Shown here one piece after another: positions 8,009 through 18,586 of a DNA stretch of 30,971 bases. Where the stretch lies: positions 1-30,971 of the forward strand of contig JAYZFK010000019.1 in the NCBI GenBank assembly GCA_036336835.1. The letters are read 5' to 3'. Position numbers and translations under genes: made by a program. Within the stretch, counting starts at the first letter, position 1. The number at the start of each line of letters is the position of its first letter. The stretch comes from Myxococcota bacterium. Its GTDB lineage: Bacteria > Myxococcota_A > UBA9160 > UBA4427. The notes under the pieces were generated by a model. That model did no database searches, was not told the DNA's origin, and was given only the letters and a program-made list of their open reading frames with translations.

Positions 8009-11000
8009 CCTCGCGGCGATTCGCCGGATGATCCCGGACGATCTGCTCGAGGCGAGTCCCGGCCTCGTCCGCGGAGTCCGGGCGCCCGGCCGGATCCTTG
8101 GCCAGCAGGGCCAGGACCAGGTCGGCGAGGGCATCTGGAATGCCCCGGACCACTCCGCGCGGGTCCGGTGGAGCGGTGTTGGGGTGGTGGAAGGCGACGC
8201 CGCCTTCCAAGAAGGGAACCCTGCCCGTCACCAGCTCGAATAACGTCACACCCAGCGAATACAAGTCCGATCGGTGGTCCACGGGCTCGCCGGACGCCTG
8301 CTCGGGCGCCATGTAGAGGGGCGTCCCCCCGAGGATGGTGGAGCCCTTGTGAACCTCCTCGGTGATCTTTGCCAGTCCGAAGTCCATGATCGTCACGATC
8401 TTGTCCCGGGTCAAAAACAGGTTCGCAGTCTTGATGTCGCGGTGAACGACGCCCTGCCGGTGCGCGTATGCGAGACCGGCGGCGACCTGGAGGCCGAGCT
8501 TTGCGACGTCGCGCGGTCCGATCCGTTCCTTGCCCTTGAGAATGCGGTTCAGCGGGTGGCCCTGGAGCAACTCCATCGTCAGGAAGAAGACGTCGTCTTC
8601 CTGATCGACGTCGTACAGCGTCACGATGTTGCGATGGTTGAGGCGCGCGACGGCTTGCGCCTCGCGCAGGAAGAATTCGACCGCCTTCGGGTGCTCGCGC
8701 AGGTTCTCGGGCATGCGCTTGAGGGCGACCTCGCGGTCGAGCCGCTTGTCGTGGGCGCGATACACGACTCCCATGGCGCCGCGACCGATCTCTTCGCGGA
8801 TGACGTAGCGCGTTGCGCTCACCAACGGCTCGGTTGCGCGCAGGTTGCGGTCGCTCTGGTGTCGCTGCCGGGTGTCGAGCTCGGCACTGTGTTGCTTGCG
8901 CAGTGCCTCGATCCGCGTGGCCAGGTTCGGATAGGTCGGCTCGCGCTGGCGCAGCGTCTCCAGCACTCGGAGTGATTGCTCGGTTTCGCCACCGGCTTCG
9001 AGTAGATCGGCCAGCTGGCTCTGGACGTCGGGGCTCGCCGCCTGGCCCGCCGCTCGCACGTACTCGGCCAGCTTTTCGGCCGCCAGGTCGGTGTGGCCCT
9101 CCTCGGCGAGTGCGCCTGCCAGCTGCGCCGAGGCCTCGCCGAATCGCTCGTCGTCTGGTTGCACCCGCTGCAGCAGCCGGATTGCGCGGCGCCGCTCGGT
9201 GTTCTCGAGCGCGACCTGGGAAGCCTCGAAGATCATCCCGCAACGTTCGAGTGCGTCGATCCACTGGGTGACGGCGTTGGCTTCCCGGTAGCACTCGACG
9301 GCGGTCCCGAAGTCTCGGGCGCGTTCGAAGGCAACGCCGGCCTCCAGCAGCGAGCCGGCGCGGCGGTACATCTCGGCGGCGCGCGCCGCGTCGCCGGCCT
9401 CGTCGAACAGCGGTGCGGCCCGGCCGTGCTCGCCCAGCTCCGCCCACAGCTCGGCGGCCTCGACCCAGCGCTCGGCGAGCTCGAAGCGCTCGGCCGCCTG
9501 TTCTCGGCGGCCCTCTTCGCGGTGCAGGCGCGCCAGCAGCAGGTTGCCCTTCTGAACCTGGCCTTCGCGCTCGAGCGCTGCCGCGGCGCCCGACACGTCG
9601 CCGTGGAGGTAGCGCTCGACCGCGGGCGGGCAGCCCTTGAAGAGCACGGCGTCGCTGCCCGCCAGGTCGACCGTCATCGGCTGGGGCTGGTAGGAGTCGA
9701 TCTCGATCTCGTGTACGGCGACACGGTCGCCACTGCCGACCGCGATACGGTGAGGCCCGCGTACCAGCTGCAGGCGCACCGGACCGCTGCGTGCATAACG
9801 AAGGGAGCCCGGATTCCCGAGAGCGACGACGCCGGCGTGCTCGACCGGCCGCTTGTCCCAGAGTACGGTGACGTCGACGGCACCCTCGGTCGGCTGCAGA
9901 TCGAACTCCGCTCGGGTGGTCCGGCGTCGCTCGACTGCGACCGGGCGATCCTCGATCAGGTCGGCCAGCACTTCCTCGTTGCTCTGCGCCTGCAGTAGGC
10001 CTTCGACGCTGATCCAGTAGCGTCCCGGCCGCAGGCGACGAAACTGTGTCTCACGGCTCACCAGGGTGTGCAGGGCGCGGCTGGAGGCGGCGCCCCGGAG
10101 CGCATCGGCGCCGGTCCGGTGTCGCGCCCTGCTGGATCGCCTGCGCGGCGCTCGCTTCGCCAGCCGTACGCTGAACGTGCCTCGCAGCTCGTTCGGGTAC
10201 TCGATGGTCACGACCAGGTCGCCGTGGCCACGCAGCAGGCGCAAGAGCAGCACGAGCGCGCCAAGCACGATGAGCGCCCGCCAGGCGCCGCGTTCGATCT
10301 CGGGCCGCATCAGGGTTGCGACGGCGCGCGCGAGCCGCTCGCGGTCGTCCGACGAGAGCCGTGTCGAGAGTGTCTCGAGTCGCTCGGTCACCCGCCTGTG
10401 GATCTCGGCGGGGAAGATCGTCGCGCGCAGAGAGGCCCGCGCCGCGTCTGCGGGGAGCCCCTCGGCCTGCGCGGTCTCCGTCTGCTGCGCGCGTGCAAGC
10501 TGTGGCGCGAGCGCGCGATCGCCCGGTGTCAGCTCGGCCGCGCGAACGAGCGCGACCACGGCGTGCTCGGCCCGCTGGTCGAGCAGCGCGAGCTCGCCCA
10601 GGTCGCGTTGGATCTCCGCCGCGACCGGGGGACTCTGGGCCTGGTCGAGCGCAGCCAGCAGCGCACCGCGCGCTCCGCTGAAGTCGCCGCGGGCGATGCG
10701 CGCGCGCCCGAGCACGTGCCAGGCCTCGAGGCCCGCGTGGCCGAGCGCGAGGGCGCGCTCGAGCGCCGCGGTCGCGCCCTCGGCGTCGCCGAGCGCGGCG
10801 CGTAGTAGCCCGGCCCGAAGCACCCACTCGATTTCGAGGTTCTGCGGAATCCAGGGATGCGGCAAAGCGGGCAGGGGGGTGGCCGAAGCGATCAGCTCGG
10901 CACGCAGGCCGTCGTCATCGAGCGGCGAACGGACGATGGGCGCCTGCTGCGGAGGTTGCCATGTGGCCAGCTCCGAGAGCTCCGGATCGCTCGCGCCGTC

Positions 11001-11132
11001 GCGCGCTGCGGACTCGACCGACGCGGTCGACACGGCCGCAGCGAGCGCCCACGGCGCCGCCAGGGCACTGGCCGCCAGGGCGAGCGCCACGGGCCGAGCC
11101 AGCGGCCGGGGAATTGACCGGAGGAAACCCAT
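8001..11132 (-). CDS. membrane-anchored Hanks-type Ser/Thr protein kinase with TPR-like regions and C-terminal kinase domain
   Basis: IGRGAMGVVY, VALK, HRDIKTANL, DFG, YMAPE, DLYSLG near the C-terminus; N-terminal signal-like segment; TM ALIVLGALVLLLRLL; helical repeats. Confidence 0.9.
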   Translation of the reverse strand: MGFLRSIPRPLARPVALALAASALAAPWALAAAVSTASVESAARDGASDPELSELATWQPPQQAPIVRSPLDDDGLRAELIASATPLPALPHPWIPQNLEIEWVLRAGLLRAALGDAEGATAALERALALGHAGLEAWHVLGRARIARGDFSGARGALLAALDQAQSPPVAAEIQRDLGELALLDQRAEHAVVALVRAAELTPGDRALAPQLARAQQTETAQAEGLPADAARASLRATIFPAEIHRRVTERLETLSTRLSSDDRERLARAVATLMRPEIERGAWRALIVLGALVLLLRLLRGHGDLVVTIEYPNELRGTFSVRLAKRAPRRRSSRARHRTGADALRGAASSRALHTLVSRETQFRRLRPGRYWISVEGLLQAQSNEEVLADLIEDRPVAVERRRTTRAEFDLQPTEGAVDVTVLWDKRPVEHAGVVALGNPGSLRYARSGPVRLQLVRGPHRIAVGSGDRVAVHEIEIDSYQPQPMTVDLAGSDAVLFKGCPPAVERYLHGDVSGAAAALEREGQVQKGNLLLARLHREEGRREQAAERFELAERWVEAAELWAELGEHGRAAPLFDEAGDAARAAEMYRRAGSLLEAGVAFERARDFGTAVECYREANAVTQWIDALERCGMIFEASQVALENTERRRAIRLLQRVQPDDERFGEASAQLAGALAEEGHTDLAAEKLAEYVRAAGQAASPDVQSQLADLLEAGGETEQSLRVLETLRQREPTYPNLATRIEALRKQHSAELDTRQRHQSDRNLRATEPLVSATRYVIREEIGRGAMGVVYRAHDKRLDREVALKRMPENLREHPKAVEFFLREAQAVARLNHRNIVTLYDVDQEDDVFFLTMELLQGHPLNRILKGKERIGPRDVAKLGLQVAAGLAYAHRQGVVHRDIKTANLFLTRDKIVTIMDFGLAKITEEVHKGSTILGGTPLYMAPEQASGEPVDHRSDLYSLGVTLFELVTGRVPFLEGGVAFHHPNTAPPDPRGVVRGIPDALADLVLALLAKDPAGRPDSADEAGTRLEQIVRDHPANRREAR

Positions 11133-11210
11133 GGAGTTGCCCGCTCATCGGCTCTCCGGGCGACCGGGTTGAGCAAACAGTCTTTTCAAAACACTAGTAA
11201 AATCAATGAT

Positions 11211-12299
11211 CTACAGCAGTATCTCGCTCTTCCGAGGGGCCACTTCGGCTCCGCGAAGGGTCTCGGCGACCTCGCCGACGAGCCGCCTGGTGGCGGCCCA
11301 GCCGAGGCAGGCGTCGGTGATCGAGAGACCCGGCCGCGGGCAGTCTCCGGGGCGCCACGGCTGGCGACCCGCCCGCAGATTCGACTCGATCATCACCCCG
11401 GCCAGCTTCGGCGAACGATCTGCGAGCAGGCGGCGCACCACCGCCCCCTGGAGCCGGTGGTCCTTGCCGGAGTTGCCGTGGGAGCAGTCGACCAGTATCG
11501 GCCGCTCGCGCTCGGTCCGGGCGACGGCGCGCGCGCTGCGTTCGATCGTCTCCCGATCGCAGTTCGGCCCCCGGCTGCCGCCGCGCAGCACGATGTGTGC
11601 GGTCGGGTTGCCGGGTGTGCGCTGTCGCACCGGGCGGCCGAGCAGGTCGATCGAGAGCGCGGAGTGGGGAGCGCGCGCGCTCTCCACCGCGTCGATTGCG
11701 GGCTGGACGTTGCCGTCGGTCGTGTTCTTGACGCCGATCGGTGCCGGGTAGCCGCTTGCGAGCTCGCGGTGCGGCTGGCTCTGGGCCGTGCGTGCGCCGA
11801 TGCTGCCCCACGCGATCAGATCCTCCAGGTAGCGGGCGACGATCGGGTCGAGTAGCTCGCTTGCGCACGGCAGCCCGAGCCGACTGATCGAGAGCAGCAG
11901 AGAGCGCGAGAGCGAGAGCCCGCGTGCGATATCGCCGCTGCCGTCGAGGTCGGGATCGTGGACCAGCCCCTTCCAGCCGAGCGTCGTGCGCGGCTTCTCC
12001 ACGTAGCAACGCATCGCGATCACGAGCGTGTCCCGGTGCTCGCGCGCCAGGCGCGCCAGCCGCCGTGCGTACACGAGTGCCTCGGTCGGGTCGTGCAATG
12101 AGCACGGTCCGACGATCACGATCAGCCGTGGATCGCGCCCGGCGAGGATGTCGCGCACGGCAACCCTGGCGCGCTCGACGCTGCGCGCGACGTCGGCGGT
12201 CCGCGGCAATGTTGCACGCAACGCGTCGGGGGTGGGCAGCGCGGTCTGGCCGGCTCGCGCATCGGGCGCGGACCGGAGGTGGAGATCGCTGGCAAGCAT
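11211..12299 (-). CDS. 3-deoxy-7-phosphoheptulonate (DAHP) synthase, class I alpha (AroF/G/H type)
   Basis: IVGPCSLHD, EKPRTTLGWKGL, IGART..SQ.HRELASG, VDCSHGNS.KD, GVMIESN, SITDACLGW. Confidence 0.95.
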   Translation of the reverse strand: MLASDLHLRSAPDARAGQTALPTPDALRATLPRTADVARSVERARVAVRDILAGRDPRLIVIVGPCSLHDPTEALVYARRLARLAREHRDTLVIAMRCYVEKPRTTLGWKGLVHDPDLDGSGDIARGLSLSRSLLLSISRLGLPCASELLDPIVARYLEDLIAWGSIGARTAQSQPHRELASGYPAPIGVKNTTDGNVQPAIDAVESARAPHSALSIDLLGRPVRQRTPGNPTAHIVLRGGSRGPNCDRETIERSARAVARTERERPILVDCSHGNSGKDHRLQGAVVRRLLADRSPKLAGVMIESNLRAGRQPWRPGDCPRPGLSITDACLGWAATRRLVGEVAETLRGAEVAPRKSEILL

Positions 12300-12366
12300 G
12301 TGGGCTCCCGGTTCGACTGTCGAACTGTGCCCTGGCCTGGTGGCTTGCTCGGTGCGCTTCGTCCGG

Positions 12367-12398
12367 AACGAAAACGGCCCCGAGGTTGCTCGGGGCCG
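12367..12398 (-). terminator. intrinsic terminator of the DAHP synthase attenuator
   Basis: Minus strand CGGCCCCGAG-CAAC-CTCGGGGCCG (10-bp stem) followed by TTTTCGTT, about 70 nt upstream of the DAHP synthase ATG. Confidence 0.85.
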
Positions 12399-12425
12399 GG
12401 GACGTGTTCGCTGGTTCGCAGCGCG

Positions 12426-12500
12426 CTACACGGCAGCTCCGGCCCCGTTCGGGAAGCCGGTAAACCAATAGCTGTCGAAGCGTGCGGCGAGAGTGGACAT
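12426..12500 (-). CDS. attenuator leader peptide, 24 aa (MSTLAARFDSYWFTGFPNGAGAAV)
   Basis: ATG TCC ACT CTC GCC GCA CGC TTC GAC AGC TAT TGG TTT ACC GGC TTC ... TAG: five aromatic codons in nine positions, upstream of a terminator and an aromatic biosynthesis gene. Confidence 0.85.
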   Translation of the reverse strand: MSTLAARFDSYWFTGFPNGAGAAV

Positions 12501-12507
12501 CGAGTGG

Positions 12508-12536
12508 AGGAAATCAGATCGCGCGGGCGGCGTCAA
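12508..12536 (-). promoter_or_regulatory. candidate sigma70 promoter giving a leaderless leader-peptide transcript
   Basis: TTGACG, 17-nt spacer ending TGA, TTTCCT (weak -10), then 7 nt to ATG; no SD. Confidence 0.5.
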
Positions 12537-13270
12537 TCGCCCGGCGCCTGGTGGCCCGAGCCGCGCTGACGGGCGCGCTCGCCGACGACCATCGCCATGG
12601 CCGCCTGCAGGTTGTAGGAGGGGACGAAGCCCGCCATCGGGAGCCTCAGCACGCTGTCGCACTGCTCGAGAATCTCGGGAGGGATCCCGTGCCGCTCGCC
12701 CCCGACGACCAGCAATGCCCTGCGAGTCAGGTCGTGCTGCCACGGCGCGCGATCGCCGCTGTCCTCGATGCCGATCACCTCGAGCCCGCCGGCGCGCGCG
12801 CCTTCGATGGTCGCCGCAGCTGGCTGGTAGATCAGCGGCATGTAGCGGTCAGCGCGCATGGCGGTGCGGCGGACGGCGCGGCGCTGCTCGTGGTCGAAGG
12901 GCGCTCCGATCACGACGGCATCGGCGCCCGAGACCTCGGCCGTGCGGATCACGAAGCCCGCGTTGCCTGGATAGGCCGTGTCGACCAGTAGCCAGACGGT
13001 GTCGGCGGTTTCGAGGACGCTGTCCAGATTGCGGGTCGGATCGTCGCCGACCAGCGCGAGGAGCTCGGGCTCGCTGCGTGCCTGACACAGACGTGTGAGC
13101 TGGTTCTGGCTCAGCGTCCGCAGGGCCACGCCGCGCTCGCGCGCCAGCGCCAGGGCTGCGCAGGCCTCGGGCGAGAGCCCGGACTCGCGGTGCAGCACCA
13201 GGCGCACCGGCTCGTCGCGCTCGAGAGCGGCGAGCAGGCTGCGGGCATCGTGCAGCTGGGTTCTAGTCAC
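12533..13270 (-). CDS. SpoU/TrmH (SPOUT) family RNA 2'-O-methyltransferase
   Basis: YPGNAGFVIRTAE, LVVGGERHGI, LPMAG.VPSYNL motifs. Probable GTG start at 13270 overlapping the upstream stop (GTGACTAG). Confidence 0.88.
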   Translation of the reverse strand: MTRTQLHDARSLLAALERDEPVRLVLHRESGLSPEACAALALARERGVALRTLSQNQLTRLCQARSEPELLALVGDDPTRNLDSVLETADTVWLLVDTAYPGNAGFVIRTAEVSGADAVVIGAPFDHEQRRAVRRTAMRADRYMPLIYQPAAATIEGARAGGLEVIGIEDSGDRAPWQHDLTRRALLVVGGERHGIPPEILEQCDSVLRLPMAGFVPSYNLQAAMAMVVGERARQRGSGHQAPGD

Positions 13271-13994
13271 CGGCGGACTCGAGCACGACATAGCGATTCC
13301 AGTCGCCCTCTCGACCGTCGGCTTCGAAGTCGTCTCGGCGGGCGAGCCCAACGCGCGCGAGCAGCGCCTCGATCTCGGCGTCGTCGCTGGCATGGCAGTA
13401 GCGCGCCGCGCCGGCATCACCCCAGGCGAGCAGATGATCGCCCGGCTCGAGCTGCGCCGGGTCGATGTCGGGAGCCGTCGCCCACTCGACGCGTCGCCGG
13501 GCGAAGCGCTCGCGCTCGGTGAAGCGCCAGAAGGCGAGCGCCAGGCGGCCGCCGCGGGCGACGCGCGCTGCCAGGCACTCGACCAGCGCGCGCCGGCGCG
13601 CGAATCCGGGGATGTGGTGGAGCAATCCGAAGGCGCACACCAGGTCGAAGGGTCCTTCCGGCAAACGCTCGTCGAGCGACCCCGCGCTCAGGTCGGCCGG
13701 TACCAGCCTGGCATCGCGCGGGCAGCGCTGGCGCGCGGCCTCGAGCAGAGGCCGGCAGACGTCGACTCCGGTGTAGCCGATCGGCTGCTGGCAATCGCGG
13801 CCGAGATAGGCGGCGAGTCGGCCGTTGCCGCAGCCGACGTCGAGGACGCGCGGCCGCCCGGCCGGCTGCCAGTCCGCGATCACGCGCTGCCAGCCCGGCC
13901 ACGCGTGCTCGCGCGTCGCACTGAAGTCTGCGGCGTGCTGGTCGTAGAACCGGCGCGTGTGCGCCGCTAGCGCGCGCTGCGTCGCGGTATCCAT
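13263..13994 (-). CDS. class I SAM-dependent methyltransferase, Trm9/ALKBH8-like
   Basis: FYDQHAADFSATREHAWP, VLDVGCGNGR, FDLVCAFGLLHHIP...RR, GGRLALAFW, DHLLAW, RYCH....EIEAL. Methyltransferase call is firm; Trm9 affinity rests on motifs recognised by eye. Confidence 0.8.
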   Translation of the reverse strand: MDTATQRALAAHTRRFYDQHAADFSATREHAWPGWQRVIADWQPAGRPRVLDVGCGNGRLAAYLGRDCQQPIGYTGVDVCRPLLEAARQRCPRDARLVPADLSAGSLDERLPEGPFDLVCAFGLLHHIPGFARRRALVECLAARVARGGRLALAFWRFTERERFARRRVEWATAPDIDPAQLEPGDHLLAWGDAGAARYCHASDDAEIEALLARVGLARRDDFEADGREGDWNRYVVLESAGD

Positions 13995-14038
13995 CGTGGC
14001 TATCCTCGCGGCCCCTGTCCGCTCGCCCAGGTGGCTCC

Positions 14039-15826
14039 ATGTCGCGCACGGATCCCTTCGCCCGGTTCGATCCGCAACCCTATCGCAGCGAGCTGGTGGG
14101 GATCATTCGCGCGATCGAGTCGCTGCCCGACGACGGCGAGCCGATCGCGGCGCCCCAGCTCGACGCGATCCTCAAGCAGTACCCGCGAGATGGGAAGGGG
14201 TTCTTCTCGCGCAGTCAGCTGCTGGCGGGCTTTCGCAGCTTCGCGGCGGACGAAGCCTTCGGCATGTGCGAGAGCACGTTCGCAGAGCGGGTGCGTCTGC
14301 GGCCGGTGCGCTCGTTGTCGGGGGTTACGCCCGTCACCGTCTTCACCGGGCCGTTCCCGTGTCCGGGGCGCTGCGTGTTCTGCCCCAACGACGTTCGGAT
14401 GCCCAAGAGCTATCTGAGCGACGAGCCGGGAGCTCAGCGCGCGGCGGCCAATGGCTTCGATCCGTATCTGCAGTGCTGGAATCGATTGGCTGCCTATCGT
14501 GCGATCGGCCACCCCACCGACAAGATCGAGCTGATCGTGCTCGGGGGCACCTGGTCGTTTCATCCCGAGGACTATCAGCGGTGGTTCGTGCTGCGGCTGT
14601 TCGAGGCACTCAACGACTTCGGGGCGGGGGTCGATCGCCGAGCGGAGGCGGGACGGGGGGTGCGGGGCTTCGAGTCGCTGCCTGCGCAGCTCGACGGTCG
14701 AGCGCAGGCGGCGAACCCGTACAACCGCATCGTGCGGGCCTTCCTGGCGCGCCAGGGCGACGCGGGTCGTGACGAGCGCGCGAGCTGGCAGGCGCTCGCC
14801 GCAGCGCAACGGCCCAACGAGACGGCAGGGGCCCGCTGCGTGGGACTGGTGGTGGAGACGCGCCCGGACCAGCTGTCGCGGGCCGAGGTGCGGCGCATCC
14901 GCCGGCTCGGCGTGACCAAGGTGCAGATCGGCATCCAGAGCCTCGACGACGCGGTGCTCGCGGCGAATCAGCGGGGTCACGACGTCGCCGCCACCCATCG
15001 TGCGCTGCGCCTGCTGCGCGGCGCGGGATTCAAGCTGCAGGCGCACTGGATGCCGAACCTGCTCGGCTCCACGCCGCGGGCTGATGTCGAGGACTTCGCG
15101 CGGCTGTTCGACGACGAGCGCGTTCGGCCCGACGAGCTCAAGATCTATCCGTGCTCCCTGGTCCAGAGCGCCGAGCTGGTGCAGCACTACGAGCGGGGGG
15201 CGTGGCGGCCCTACGAGCGCCACGAGCTGCTCGAGGTGCTGGTCGAGGCGCTCGGCAACGCGCCGCGCTGGTGCCGGCTGACGCGAGTGATTCGCGACAT
15301 CTCCTCGGACGACATCGTGGTCGGCAACAAGCTCACGAACTTTCGCGAGATTGCGCATGCCGAGCTCGAGCGGCGCGGCGGCCGGGCTCGTGACATCCGC
15401 GCCCGCGAGGTGCGGGCCCACCAGATCGAGCCCGATGAGCTCGCGCTGCGTGACACGGTCTACGCAGTCGCCAGCGGGCGGGAGCACTTCCTCGAACTCG
15501 TGACGGGCGATGACCGCATCGCCGCCTTCCTGCGACTCCACCTGCCGGACCCGCACCGCCCCGGCGACGAGGTGCTGGAAGAGATCGCCGACAGCGCGCT
15601 CATCCGGGAGCTCCACGTCTACGGACAAGCGATCGCGCTCGGACGCCCGGGCCGCGCCGCCGCGCAGCACCGGGGCCTCGGGCGCCGCTTGCTCGCAGAG
15701 GCCTGGCGGCGAGCACAGGCCGCCGGCTACACCGATCTCGCCGTCGTCAGTGCGGTCGGGACGCGGGGCTACTACCGCGAGCGCGGCTTCCGGGACGGGC
15801 CGCTGTATCAGCACCGAACCGCCTGA
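14039..15826 (+). CDS. elp3: Elp3 family radical SAM/acetyltransferase (tRNA U34 carboxymethyltransferase-like)
   Basis: PVRSLSGV, PFPCPGRCVFCP, MPKSY...EP...RA, KIELIVLGGT, ETRPD, HWMPNL, DELKIYP, RVIRDI, IRARE, IRELHVYG, QHRGLGRRLL.EA, SAVGTRGYY...GF. Confidence 0.93.
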   Translation: MSRTDPFARFDPQPYRSELVGIIRAIESLPDDGEPIAAPQLDAILKQYPRDGKGFFSRSQLLAGFRSFAADEAFGMCESTFAERVRLRPVRSLSGVTPVTVFTGPFPCPGRCVFCPNDVRMPKSYLSDEPGAQRAAANGFDPYLQCWNRLAAYRAIGHPTDKIELIVLGGTWSFHPEDYQRWFVLRLFEALNDFGAGVDRRAEAGRGVRGFESLPAQLDGRAQAANPYNRIVRAFLARQGDAGRDERASWQALAAAQRPNETAGARCVGLVVETRPDQLSRAEVRRIRRLGVTKVQIGIQSLDDAVLAANQRGHDVAATHRALRLLRGAGFKLQAHWMPNLLGSTPRADVEDFARLFDDERVRPDELKIYPCSLVQSAELVQHYERGAWRPYERHELLEVLVEALGNAPRWCRLTRVIRDISSDDIVVGNKLTNFREIAHAELERRGGRARDIRAREVRAHQIEPDELALRDTVYAVASGREHFLELVTGDDRIAAFLRLHLPDPHRPGDEVLEEIADSALIRELHVYGQAIALGRPGRAAAQHRGLGRRLLAEAWRRAQAAGYTDLAVVSAVGTRGYYRERGFRDGPLYQHRTA

Positions 15827-15874
15827 AGGATCTGGTCGCGGGAACGCACCGCGGTGCGCCAGAAGCTCGCCGGC

Positions 15875-18463
<2,589 letters not shown>

Positions 18464-18537
18464 GGCAGAGAAAGCTAGGCATGCATCCGGTTTGTCAACC
18501 GGCGCGCTGGAGACGCGCGCATTCGCTGGACGCACGA

Positions 18538-18567
18538 GGGCCCCGAGGGACTGCGCCCCCGGGGCCC
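18538..18567. terminator. GC-rich hairpin between htrA and clpB (possible terminator or processing site)
   Basis: GGGCCCCGAGGG...CCCCCGGGGCCC imperfect inverted repeat; no U-tract. Confidence 0.3.
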
Positions 18568-18586
18568 GGTTCGATCGTGCGCAACG

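Noticed and set aside
18464..18540. CIRCE or HAIR heat-shock operator upstream of clpB
   Set aside because: Neither TTAGCACTC-N9-GAGTGCTAA nor CTTGAGT-N7-ACTCAAG is present.
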